This document shows positions 9,954 to 18,848 of a stretch of 55,178 bases of DNA, in pieces (the first letter of the stretch is position 1; every line of letters starts with the position of its first letter). The stretch covers positions 1 to 55,178 of IMG/VR virus record IMGVR_UViG_3300002001_000006. One strand, 5' to 3'. The DNA is from a virus. Its lineage: Duplodnaviria > Caudoviricetes. Both the position numbers and the translations under genes were made by a program. A model generated the notes under the pieces. The model did not search any database, had not been told where the DNA came from, and was given only the letters and a program-made list of their open reading frames with translations.

Positions 9954-10121
9954 ATGAAACGAATAATAAGGAAAGTACCAAGAGGACACCTTGTAGCAAT
10001 ACCGCCAAGCATAATAGAAATATTAAAGGCGAAAGAAGGGGATTTTATAGTTTATAAAATTTTAAGAAACGGAACAATAAAAATTGAACTTGAAAAAGGG
10101 AAGGGGGATAAAAAGCAATGA
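9954..10121 (+). CDS. AbrB-like DNA-binding protein (55 aa, missing from ORF track)
   Basis: RBS gaggtg; MKRIIRKVPRGHLVAIPPSIIEILKAKEGDFIVY; paralog of 376-531. Confidence 0.7.
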   Translation: MKRIIRKVPRGHLVAIPPSIIEILKAKEGDFIVYKILRNGTIKIELEKGKGDKKQ

Positions 10122-10306
10122 ATTTAAGTTCTCCATGTATGGGGTGTGAGAAAAGGTTTTTTATATGCCATGATAGTTGTAATGAATATGCTGCATTTAA
10201 AAGCGATAGTGCGGAAATAGCAGCAGCAAGGCAAGAATATAAAGACAATAAAAGTATAGAGGTAGAAACGTCTATAAGACAAAAGAAACATAGGATACAC
10301 TTATAA
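10118..10306 (+). CDS. Small Cys-rich protein
   Basis: PCxxC..R...CH..C..Y motif. Confidence 0.65.
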   Translation: MNLSSPCMGCEKRFFICHDSCNEYAAFKSDSAEIAAARQEYKDNKSIEVETSIRQKKHRIHL

Positions 10307-10321
10307 AAGGGGTGAGGGTAG

Positions 10322-11236
10322 TTGAATAGGAACGAAACAAGGGAAATGGAACGCAAAAAGAATAAGTTAAAAACTTGGTTAAAGAGTTTCAATGTAGAAC
10401 AGAAAATGCTATGGGAATCAACAATAATAAGCGAAATAGAAAAGAATGACAGAGTAACAACTCTTATACTTGATGCGTGTTATATGGCAGCAATTTCAAG
10501 CACAACAGATTTAGAACTAATAGATATAGAAAGAATAGTAGCAGAATCAACTACTTATATTCAAGATTACAAAAATAAAATAGAAAAAGGGGATGCAATA
10601 GGAATGACGATATCACAATCAAGTGCAATAAAATCAAAAATAAGATTACTTATAAAAGCTAATAAAGAAAAGGTACAATCTATTAAGGAACTTGAAAAAG
10701 AATATAAAATACCATTTGCGGAATTAGACGTTATGTGGCTACAAGTAAAAAGCAAAATGGGTATAGTGAATAAGCGTTCACCTAAAAAAGCTATAGCAGA
10801 GGAAGAAGTCAAAGAAGTTTTAGAAGATATTGCAGCAGATAAGGAAGAAAAGAAAGTTGCCGAGGAATTAAGTAAAAACATGAAAAAGGTATTCTCTAAA
10901 GAAGAACTACCATATGCAGTAACAGAAAAGGAAATTGAAGAAGGGCAAAAAGAAACAAAAGCACCTTCAACATTAAAAATAATAAGCCAAACAATAAAAG
11001 GAGAATACGGAACTTATGAAAAGAGTTCAGAGGGGGTTAAAACAGATAAAATATTTGTTAAGGATGCAAAAGACCTTGAAGAATATAAAAACGCAGTACA
11101 GGGCGAATATGACAAGAGTGGAGAAGAATTAAACAAAAGGTTTAAAGAACTTCAAGAAGAAAAGGAAAAATTAATTAAAAAAGCAGATAAAAACTTTGCA
11201 ATCATAGAAGAAATAAAACAAGTGTTTAATATTTAA
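10322..11236 (+). CDS. Coiled-coil hypothetical protein
   Basis: Long ORF, TTG start with RBS. Confidence 0.7.
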   Translation: MNRNETREMERKKNKLKTWLKSFNVEQKMLWESTIISEIEKNDRVTTLILDACYMAAISSTTDLELIDIERIVAESTTYIQDYKNKIEKGDAIGMTISQSSAIKSKIRLLIKANKEKVQSIKELEKEYKIPFAELDVMWLQVKSKMGIVNKRSPKKAIAEEEVKEVLEDIAADKEEKKVAEELSKNMKKVFSKEELPYAVTEKEIEEGQKETKAPSTLKIISQTIKGEYGTYEKSSEGVKTDKIFVKDAKDLEEYKNAVQGEYDKSGEELNKRFKELQEEKEKLIKKADKNFAIIEEIKQVFNI

Positions 11237-11290
11237 TATGTAATACGCAATGTGTATATATGGAGAAGTAAAATTAAGGGAGGATAAGAT

Positions 11291-11497
11291 ATGAAGGGTG
11301 ATAGATTCGGCTTTGAAATTATCGTAGATTGGATAGATAATAAAGTGCCAAAAGTAGGATGTATTCAGACCATAGTTCAGAAAAAAACAGATGCAGAAAG
11401 TATAGAGAAGAAGTATAAAATAGATAAATATACTTCTTGTGAAATAATTGATGATGGTAAAAGGATATCTGTTTGGCTTGAAGCTACAGAAATTTAA
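11291..11497 (+). CDS. Hypothetical protein
   Basis: ORF with RBS ggagg. Confidence 0.65.
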   Translation: MKGDRFGFEIIVDWIDNKVPKVGCIQTIVQKKTDAESIEKKYKIDKYTSCEIIDDGKRISVWLEATEI

Positions 11498-11534
11498 TTC
11501 GCAATACTAATTAATAACGAAAGGGGATAATAAA

Positions 11535-11711
11535 ATGAGCAAAGAAGAAAAAGAAATGATAAACACATTAGCAAAAGAAGTAAAGACACTTAAAAACATA
11601 GTAGAAGGTCAAAGAATAGACATAGAGAAGTTCAGTAAGATGGCAAGACAAATAGATATGATTAAATTAAGTTCTGTTACAAAAGGGCAAAAATACGAGA
11701 GTAATGTGTAG
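11535..11711 (+). CDS. Small hypothetical protein (58 aa)
   Basis: RBS aagggg, manual translation. Confidence 0.55.
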   Translation: MSKEEKEMINTLAKEVKTLKNIVEGQRIDIEKFSKMARQIDMIKLSSVTKGQKYESNV

Positions 11712-11726
11712 GAGGAATAAAGAAAA

Positions 11727-11903
11727 ATGAAAGCTCATTATTACTGGTGGGAATATGATAAAGATATTCCTAGTCACATAGATAAAGATAATCATAGTAT
11801 GGCTATATGCGGATATTTAAGAAAGGAAACTACTAGAGATAAAGAAAAAGTAACTTGCAAATGGTGTTTGAGAGAAATGAAAAAGAAAGGGTTGATAAAA
11901 TAA
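11727..11903 (+). CDS. Small zinc-finger-like protein (58 aa)
   Basis: H...ICG...VTCKWC; RBS aggagg. Confidence 0.6.
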   Translation: MKAHYYWWEYDKDIPSHIDKDNHSMAICGYLRKETTRDKEKVTCKWCLREMKKKGLIK

Positions 11904-12466
11904 TGCAACATAAATTAAAAATACTACCACAATATTTTAAAGAAGTAGTAAACGGGAATAAGACCTTTGAAATAAGAATCAATGGTAGAGGGTTTAAGGT
12001 TGGGGATACTCTTATATTACAAGAATATTCATTATTAAAACTAGATACCGCAGTAATAGAATATAATTTGGGAACGTATACAGGGCAAGAAATAACAAAA
12101 GAGGTAACTTATATCCTAGAAGGTGGACAATATGGTTTAGAAGAAGGATATTGTATCTTAGGATTAAAGCAAGAAGGAATAATTCTACAAAATATAAACC
12201 TAACAGGAATAAGTATAGAAGAACAACAAGAAAAAGTAATAGAGGAAGATAATGAACTTATAGAAGCTATAGTAAATAGAGATAGAAATAATGCTATTGA
12301 GGAGTTTTGGGATGTAGTCCAGGTTAGATTAGGGGTTTTAGATATGGCTTTAGGAATAAAAGCAGATGAAGTTATGGAATATTATCCTAAACATTTAGAA
12401 AAATTAAAGTCAAGACCTCGCAAGAAAATAAAAGATGATAATAAATACGAGGAAAGTGAGGAATAA
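11903..12466 (+). CDS. ASCH/DUF3850 domain fused to a MazG-like NTP pyrophosphohydrolase domain
   Basis: H.LKILP.YF..V..G.KTFEIR...R.F.VGD.L.L.E, then K..EE..E...EE..D. Confidence 0.75.
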   Translation: MQHKLKILPQYFKEVVNGNKTFEIRINGRGFKVGDTLILQEYSLLKLDTAVIEYNLGTYTGQEITKEVTYILEGGQYGLEEGYCILGLKQEGIILQNINLTGISIEEQQEKVIEEDNELIEAIVNRDRNNAIEEFWDVVQVRLGVLDMALGIKADEVMEYYPKHLEKLKSRPRKKIKDDNKYEESEE

Positions 12467-12468
12467 CA

Positions 12469-12777
12469 ATGATAAATCTAAAATCAGCAGATCGAATAAA
12501 AATCAGAACTCGTTTAGGGAATAGAGAGGTAAAAGCAGAATTATATAAAGGTTTTGGGATAAATAAAGAATATTGGAACGGAAAAACTTGGATGCTCACA
12601 GTTATTATAGGTTCAAAAAAAGGTTGGGGAATATGCCAGTGCAGAAAGAAAAATGATTGCAGGCTTTTAGCAGATGAAATTATTAATAAAGTAGGGAAAT
12701 CAAATATAGAAGATACCGATATACCCAATCTTAGAGATATTGTTAAAAAATATATGGTTAAGGAACAAGAAGAATGA
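12469..12777 (+). CDS. Hypothetical protein
   Basis: ORF with RBS. Confidence 0.6.
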   Translation: MINLKSADRIKIRTRLGNREVKAELYKGFGINKEYWNGKTWMLTVIIGSKKGWGICQCRKKNDCRLLADEIINKVGKSNIEDTDIPNLRDIVKKYMVKEQEE

Positions 12778-13028
12778 AAACTGATAAGGTGCTTGAAAGA
12801 ATGGACTTAGAAAGAAGAAAAAGCGTTCTAATAGCATCTAGTGGAATAATTCAAAATGAACTATCTATAAAGACAATTAGAGGGGTATACATAGTGAATA
12901 AAAGCCATATATACCCTATATGGAATGATATTAATAATGAAATAAGAGAGATAAATAATAAACTTGAAGAAATAACAGGGTTAAATCAAGATCACATGGA
13001 TTATTTAAATAATATAGCGGAGGTATAA
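12774..13028 (+). CDS. Hypothetical protein
   Basis: ATGA-coupled ORF. Confidence 0.6.
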   Translation: MKTDKVLERMDLERRKSVLIASSGIIQNELSIKTIRGVYIVNKSHIYPIWNDINNEIREINNKLEEITGLNQDHMDYLNNIAEV

Positions 13029-13030
13029 GG

Positions 13031-13843
13031 ATGGATTGCAAACAAATAAAAGATTGCCAATTTAGAAAAGAAGGTATATGTCAAAGGAGAGATACTTTGA
13101 AATGTAAAAAAGATATGGAGGAAAACAAAGTGGAAGATAAAACAATAAAGGTAAGATGTATGAAAAATGTAGGGACAACAAATTTAACTTTAGGAAAAGA
13201 ATATCAAGTGGTAGAGGTAGAATTAGAAGGATATAAAATAATAAATGACGATGAATCTATAAGGAGATATCACAAATCATTATTTGCAGAAGTAAAAGAA
13301 GATACTCTAATGGTGGAATGTATATGGAGCGATGGAACTCTAGAATGTAGAAAGATATATCCAATAATAAGAGAAGAAAACCAATTTTATTGGATATTAA
13401 ATGATTTAGACAAAGAAAAGTTATATTCCAAAGATATGTTTAAACCAGTACCCAAAGAAAAAGAACAAAAGGAATATACATTGCAAGAAGTGTTTGAAAA
13501 TATTAAGCAAGGAGAAACATATATTCAAAACACAATTGATAAATTTTCAATAACTAAAGAGTGTGGGGGAATACGCATAAACAGACTATTTGAAGGCGAT
13601 AAAGATACAATGTGGATAAATGGAAAAGAAAATTTTATAAAAGTAGAAGAACCAAAACCAGTAAGCACAGTAGAAGCATTTAAGGCACTAGAGGAAGGGA
13701 AAACAATAACGTCAGTTTTAAGCAATAACCAATACAAAAAATATGATAAAGACATATTCGCTTCAACAATAGGATGTAATGAATTTCACAAATGCGACCT
13801 TATATACACAAACGAAATGAAAAATACATGGATAATAGAATGA
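13031..13843 (+). CDS. Hypothetical protein with two tandem SH3-like repeats
   Basis: V.C.....L...K.Y.V..E....Y.I.ND......Y.K..F repeated twice. Confidence 0.6.
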   Translation: MDCKQIKDCQFRKEGICQRRDTLKCKKDMEENKVEDKTIKVRCMKNVGTTNLTLGKEYQVVEVELEGYKIINDDESIRRYHKSLFAEVKEDTLMVECIWSDGTLECRKIYPIIREENQFYWILNDLDKEKLYSKDMFKPVPKEKEQKEYTLQEVFENIKQGETYIQNTIDKFSITKECGGIRINRLFEGDKDTMWINGKENFIKVEEPKPVSTVEAFKALEEGKTITSVLSNNQYKKYDKDIFASTIGCNEFHKCDLIYTNEMKNTWIIE

Positions 13844-13859
13844 GAGAGGGGATATAAAT

Positions 13860-14069
13860 ATGGAATGTATAGGAAATTGTCAATATTCAAAAAAAGAAAT
13901 GGATAAATTAAAAGAAACAATAGAGAGGTTAGGAAAATCAACTAATGAATATTATTTTAACTGGCAAGAATCACAAAAGGAAAGTGAGAGTCTTAAAGAA
14001 AAACTAGAAGATTACAGATTATTAAAAACATTAATAGTATTATTGGAGAAGGGTTATAGGAGGATATAA
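13860..14069 (+). CDS. Hypothetical protein
   Basis: ORF with RBS. Confidence 0.55.
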   Translation: MECIGNCQYSKKEMDKLKETIERLGKSTNEYYFNWQESQKESESLKEKLEDYRLLKTLIVLLEKGYRRI

Positions 14070-14070
14070 G

Positions 14071-14523
14071 GTGGAAGGATTAAAAATAAGAGTATGGGAT
14101 AAAGAAGAAGAAAGAATAATAACAGATGAACAAGAGTTTATTCCACTAAAGATAACCAATAAAGGTGTGCTTAAACTAAGCCCTACACACAAAGAAGAAC
14201 TATGGATATTGATACCTTTTGGAGATAGATTCGAACCTATGGAAAGTACAGGAGTAAAAGACATAAATAAAAAAGAAAGCTATTTAGGGGATATATTAAA
14301 AGAACATCTAACAGAGTGGTCAAGTAAGAAAGACATAGAACATTCAAAGAAGTGTTTCTGCATAATTAAAAAAGAATCAAATAGTAATAATATGTATTTA
14401 GAATACAATTTTAATGTTAGGGGATATTGGGAAACAAACAACTTAGTGTTAGGGAGAATAGAAAATTATGAAATAGTTGGAGATATATACAATAATGCAG
14501 ATGTGATTAAGAAAGAGGTGTAA
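14071..14523 (+). CDS. YopX-family protein
   Basis: K.RVWDK, M.STG.KD.N.KE.Y.GDI, EIVG.IY.N. Confidence 0.85.
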   Translation: MEGLKIRVWDKEEERIITDEQEFIPLKITNKGVLKLSPTHKEELWILIPFGDRFEPMESTGVKDINKKESYLGDILKEHLTEWSSKKDIEHSKKCFCIIKKESNSNNMYLEYNFNVRGYWETNNLVLGRIENYEIVGDIYNNADVIKKEV

Positions 14524-14526
14524 GGG

Positions 14527-14820
14527 ATGGAACTTTTGAACATAGATATAAAATTTAGGAATATAGCAACAAAAACAATGCCAAGACCAAAAAGAGAAGC
14601 TATAAATCCCAACTATAAAATAGGGCAGGAATTAAAGTTACAATGTATTGTACAAAATAGTGAAAATAATAAGTACAATATTATAAACGTAAAAATAAAA
14701 GATTCTAAGTATTCACCAAGTCTAGAAGACAATATATATACAATAATTATTCTTGATACAGTTGGGAAAATAGAAAATTTAATAACTGAAAAAGATTTAA
14801 TTAACGTAGTGGAGGTGTAA
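14527..14820 (+). CDS. Hypothetical protein
   Basis: ORF with RBS gaggtg. Confidence 0.6.
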   Translation: MELLNIDIKFRNIATKTMPRPKREAINPNYKIGQELKLQCIVQNSENNKYNIINVKIKDSKYSPSLEDNIYTIIILDTVGKIENLITEKDLINVVEV

Positions 14821-14823
14821 TAG

Positions 14824-14955
14824 ATGTATAAAAGTAAAGTTTATAAAGGTTGTTTAAGATGTTGTCATTATGTTAGTTCTTTTGGGTGTGTAAGCAAAAT
14901 TAATCCTAGCAAATGTGAATTTTATGATAAAAACATTGAAGAGAAAGAGGTGTAA
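14824..14955 (+). CDS. Small Cys-rich protein (43 aa)
   Basis: RBS ggaggtg, manual translation. Confidence 0.5.
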   Translation: MYKSKVYKGCLRCCHYVSSFGCVSKINPSKCEFYDKNIEEKEV

Positions 14956-15095
14956 ATGATGGTAAACAAATGTAATGAATGGGGATGCCTATATAATTGG
15001 AATGGAAGATGTAACGCAAAAGAATGCCAAAAGAAAATAGAAATAAAAAAATAACTTACAATATATGCTACAACATAATAATTATACTAAAAGAC

Positions 15096-15125
15096 TTGCA
15101 AACAGTAATCATTATGTAATATAAT
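15096..15125 (+). promoter_or_regulatory. sigma-A promoter
   Basis: TTGCAA-18-TATAAT. Confidence 0.6.
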
Positions 15126-15130
15126 GTTAG

Positions 15131-15375
15131 TATACAAAAGAAGAAAGTTACCCCTAATTTTTCAAATGGTGTGCATGTTGTTCTCAGAGCATGCACATAT
15201 AAAAAACTTATCTACCATGCGTAGAATAAGAGCGTGGGATTTAGTAATGCTATAACCCACTTTTAAAAGGACATAAACCAGTAAAATAAATAGTAGGCAC
15301 AATATTAAATGTTTAACTGGTTATATATAGACTACTTAAATGCTCTTACTATCACTTAGATGGTAGGGGCATTAA
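15131..15375 (+). ncRNA. Candidate structured ncRNA or long leader with five hairpins
   Basis: No long ORF; five consecutive stems with G-U pairs favouring the + strand. Confidence 0.45.
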
Positions 15376-15391
15376 TAATAAGGAGGATGTT

Positions 15392-15619
15392 ATGAGCAAA
15401 TTCGATATATGGATAAGTTATAAAGATTGTTGCATTTTAAAACATGGACTTAAAAATTCAATAGAATTAAAAGAAGAATGGATAAAAGCCAATTCAGATG
15501 GAGTATATGAAACCAGAGAAGAAGAGAAAAAGGAACTTGAAGAAGAAAAAAGGACATTAGAAAGACTCACTGAAGAAATTGATAGAAATAAAGAAAATAA
15601 GCATATGAAAGCTAGGTGA
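15392..15619 (+). CDS. Hypothetical protein
   Basis: ORF with RBS aaggagg. Confidence 0.65.
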   Translation: MSKFDIWISYKDCCILKHGLKNSIELKEEWIKANSDGVYETREEEKKELEEEKRTLERLTEEIDRNKENKHMKAR

Positions 15620-15623
15620 TACT

Positions 15624-16037
15624 ATGAATAATACATTAACTAGAATATCTCAATATAAGGAACTAAAAGCAGACTTAGGGAATATAAATATATTAGTTCA
15701 AGAATTAGAAGATGAATTATTAGGAGTAAGCGGACAAGGCACAGAGGAAAGAAGTGGGAAGACATATAAAATAACTTCTAGTGTAGAGCAACAAGCGGAG
15801 AAACTAATGGAAAAGAAAGAACAGCTATTTAAAGAGAACAGATTAAAAGAAAGAGAAATAAAAAGAATAGACAACGCAATGACAATTTTAAATGATGATG
15901 AAAAAGAAATAATACAAATAATATATATAGATCAAAAAAGATATTCAGCAGCACAAGAAAAACTAAACTTATCATATCCAAGAATAAAACAATTAGAAAA
16001 ACAAGCATCAGACAAAATGGGTAAGTACATAAATTAG
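15624..16037 (+). CDS. ArpU/RinA-like late transcriptional activator
   Basis: C-terminal sigma-4-like HTH; last early gene before the packaging module. Confidence 0.8.
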   Translation: MNNTLTRISQYKELKADLGNINILVQELEDELLGVSGQGTEERSGKTYKITSSVEQQAEKLMEKKEQLFKENRLKEREIKRIDNAMTILNDDEKEIIQIIYIDQKRYSAAQEKLNLSYPRIKQLEKQASDKMGKYIN

Positions 16038-16038
16038 C

Positions 16039-16105
16039 AAAATAGATAAAATATAGAAAAAATAGAGGTATGTTATAGGACAAGCCATAAAACCTATGAT
16101 ATAAT
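16039..16105 (+). promoter_or_regulatory. Late promoter with activator-binding repeats
   Basis: Three aaaatag-type repeats just after the activator stop, then extended -10 TGATATAAT (16097-16105). Confidence 0.6.
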
Positions 16106-16118
16106 ATTAGATGTAGAG

Positions 16119-16149
16119 AAAAGGCGTTACTTGATTGTGATGCCTTTTT
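16119..16149 (+). terminator. Terminator-like hairpin directly after the late promoter
   Basis: aaaaggcgttac / gtgatgcctttt. Confidence 0.65.
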
Positions 16150-16246
16150 ATTATGCTAGTAGATAGGACTTAATAAGCAAATAATTAATGAGTAAGAGCG
16201 TTCAACCCATCTACTAGCAATAAATAAGAAAGGAGATAATATATAG

Positions 16247-16441
16247 ATGCAAAGTAATTATACTAGTTTAAAATGTGGATTATGCAAAAAAGAAATAATA
16301 TTATTAACAAATGAAATGGAAGAAGCAATAAAACACGGTAGTTACTTAGCGTGTACATATTGCTCTTCTAAACACCTAAAAGAATTAAAACAGACTTACA
16401 GTATTAAAGAGTGTTTTGAGAATAGTGAGAAGGCAAGGTGA
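16247..16441 (+). CDS. Zinc-ribbon protein
   Basis: CxxC...CxxC. Confidence 0.7.
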   Translation: MQSNYTSLKCGLCKKEIILLTNEMEEAIKHGSYLACTYCSSKHLKELKQTYSIKECFENSEKAR

Positions 16442-16445
16442 GGGT

Positions 16446-16607
16446 ATGAAAAAAGGATTGATAGAACATTCAGCAATACTAGGTATGAGTTTTGTTATAG
16501 GTTTAATACATATGGTATTAAGTCTATTAGTAGGGGATGATTGGTCAAAGTGGTTATTAATATATATACTTGCTAATTATATTTGTAATAGTTTGAATAA
16601 GAAATAA
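16446..16607 (+). CDS. Small membrane protein
   Basis: Two hydrophobic segments, RBS aggtg. Confidence 0.55.
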   Translation: MKKGLIEHSAILGMSFVIGLIHMVLSLLVGDDWSKWLLIYILANYICNSLNKK

Positions 16608-16615
16608 TAAAGAAG

Positions 16616-16828
16616 GTGGCATTAACGAATAAAGAAATAGATAGTTTATTTTTTAAAAAATATGGTTTTGAAGAAATGACAGATAAACAAAAGAGAGCAT
16701 TAAAGGAATTTACTATTTATTATGTATTTATATTTAATATAGCAATAAATGAATTGAAGGATACAATATATAATGTATTAAGTGATTATTTTAAAAGGAT
16801 TGTAATTTCTTATAAAAAGAAAAAATAA
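16616..16828 (+). CDS. Hypothetical protein
   Basis: ORF track. Confidence 0.5.
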   Translation: MALTNKEIDSLFFKKYGFEEMTDKQKRALKEFTIYYVFIFNIAINELKDTIYNVLSDYFKRIVISYKKKK

Positions 16829-16863
16829 TTAGAATTAAAATAAATAATAAAGGAGGTGAGTTC

Positions 16864-17328
16864 ATGGCAAAATCTAAATATGACACATATGTAAAACCCA
16901 AACTAACATTAATAGAGGGGTGGGCTAGAGATGGACTCATCAATGAACAGATAGCAAAAAATCTAGGTATTAGTAAGGTAACACTATATAAATACATGGA
17001 TGAGCATATTGAACTTTCTGAATGTCTTAAAAAAGGAAAAGAAGTAGTAGATATAGAGGTAGAGAATGCACTATTAAAAAGAGCGTTGGGATATAGGTAT
17101 ATTGAGAGGACTAAAGAACCTAATGAAGTAGGTGACTTAGTAGTGACTAAAGAAGTTACAAAGGAAATGGCAGCAGATACCACAGCTCAAATATTTTGGT
17201 TGAAGAATAGAAAGCCTAGAGAGTGGAGAGATAGAAAAGAATTAGATCATAGCGGAACAGTTAATAACCCATTTGAAGGACTTACAAAAGAACAACTAAT
17301 TAAAATAGCTAGTGAAGATGATGGATAA
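16864..17328 (+). CDS. terS: Terminase small subunit (HTH type)
   Basis: LIEGWARDGL..EQIA.NLGI, VENALLKRALG, DTTAQIFWLKNRKP..WRD. Confidence 0.9.
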   Translation: MAKSKYDTYVKPKLTLIEGWARDGLINEQIAKNLGISKVTLYKYMDEHIELSECLKKGKEVVDIEVENALLKRALGYRYIERTKEPNEVGDLVVTKEVTKEMAADTTAQIFWLKNRKPREWRDRKELDHSGTVNNPFEGLTKEQLIKIASEDDG

Positions 17329-18727
17329 GAAGTTAATCCAGTTAGGTGCCAAATGCGAACTAGCGAAAAGAGATTTCTTTTTATATTGTAACTTAAAAGC
17401 ACCGGAATTTTACAAGAAAGATAGACAGTATCTTAAAGAGTTCTGTAAAGACCTTCAAGAGTTCTATGAGGGCGAAGATGAAGTATTAGTGGTTAATATG
17501 CCACCTAGACATGGGAAGTCAAGAACAGCCAGTTTGTTTGTTGAGTGGGTTTTAGGCAAAGACCAAAATGAAAAGATAATGACAGGATCATACAACGAAA
17601 CATTATCTACTATGTTTTCTAAGAATGTTAGGAACAGCATTCAAGAAGAAAAGGCAGACATATACAAGCCTATATATAATGATGTATTTCCAAATGTTAA
17701 TATAAAGCGTGGCGATGGTGCTATGAACTTATGGTCATTAGAGAATGGATACAATAATTACTTGGCTACAAGCCCAACAGGAACTGCAACAGGTTTTGGA
17801 TGTTCATTAATGATTATAGATGATTTAATTAAAAATGCCGAAGAAGCCTACAATGAAATGGTGAAAGAAAAACATTGGGACTGGTTCACTAATACAATGT
17901 TATCAAGACTAGAAGAAGGCGGAAAGATAATCATTATAATGACTAGATGGGCTAGTGGTGATTTAGCAGGACGAGCAATAGAACATTATAAGGCAGAGGG
18001 TAAAAGAGTAAAACATATAAATATGAAAGCATTGCAAGATGATGGGACAATGTTGTGTGATGAAGTTCTTTCTAAAAAGTCTTATACATCTAAAGTAAGA
18101 GCAATGGGCGCAGACATAGCAAATGCTAACTATCAACAAGAACCTATTGATATTAAAGGAAGGCTTTACAATAGTTTAAAAACCTATACTAATATTCCTA
18201 TTGATGCTACAGGAAAGCCACTATTCGAAAGCATTAAGAACTATACAGATACAGCAGATACAGGGATGGATTACTTGTGCAGTATATGTTATGGAGTGTA
18301 TCAAAAAGAAGCTTACATATTAGATGTATGTTATACCCAAGAAGGGATGGAAATAACAGAACCGCAAGTGGCACAGATGATATTTAATAACAATGTAAAT
18401 GTAGCTGATATAGAAAGTAATAATGGTGGACGTGGATTTGCTAGAAATGTTGAAAAGATATTAAAAGAAAAACTTAATTCAAACAAAACTTCTATTAAAT
18501 GGTTTCATCAATCACAAAATAAAGTTGCTAGAATCTTAAGCAACTCAACATTTGTAATGGACCACATATACTTCCCTATAAACTGGAAGGATAGATGGCC
18601 AGAGTATTACAGTGATATGATAAAATACCAAAGAGAAGGAAAGAATAAACATGATGATGCAGAAGATGCAACAACAGGAGTTGCAGAAAAAATAAACGCT
18701 GGTAGAATTACTCTTGGAATGGCTTAA
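17312..18727 (+). CDS. terL: Terminase large subunit (true start may be 17318 or 17321)
   Basis: Walker A PPRHGKS, IIDD, IMTRW, C-terminal HDD.ED. Confidence 0.96.
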   Translation: MKMMDKKLIQLGAKCELAKRDFFLYCNLKAPEFYKKDRQYLKEFCKDLQEFYEGEDEVLVVNMPPRHGKSRTASLFVEWVLGKDQNEKIMTGSYNETLSTMFSKNVRNSIQEEKADIYKPIYNDVFPNVNIKRGDGAMNLWSLENGYNNYLATSPTGTATGFGCSLMIIDDLIKNAEEAYNEMVKEKHWDWFTNTMLSRLEEGGKIIIIMTRWASGDLAGRAIEHYKAEGKRVKHINMKALQDDGTMLCDEVLSKKSYTSKVRAMGADIANANYQQEPIDIKGRLYNSLKTYTNIPIDATGKPLFESIKNYTDTADTGMDYLCSICYGVYQKEAYILDVCYTQEGMEITEPQVAQMIFNNNVNVADIESNNGGRGFARNVEKILKEKLNSNKTSIKWFHQSQNKVARILSNSTFVMDHIYFPINWKDRWPEYYSDMIKYQREGKNKHDDAEDATTGVAEKINAGRITLGMA

Positions 18728-18729
18728 TA

Positions 18730-18766
18730 TTATGTTACATTGCGCTAAATGCACGTTTAACGCAAT
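18730..18766. promoter_or_regulatory. Candidate tyrosine-recombinase (Xer-type) site
   Basis: TTATGTTACAT arm overlapping an 11-6-11 inverted repeat attgcgctaaa-tgcacg-tttaacgcaat. Confidence 0.4.
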
Positions 18767-18848
18767 TGTATTGAGAATACAACAATGGCTTATTTAAAGG
18801 GTTTAGTGACATAGTGCCATAGGCTGGAGACAATTATTTTATGAAAAT

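Noticed and set aside
16154-16219. Functional tRNA
   Set aside because: Acceptor-like stem and GTTCAA are present, but no T-stem, D-arm or anticodon arm can be paired
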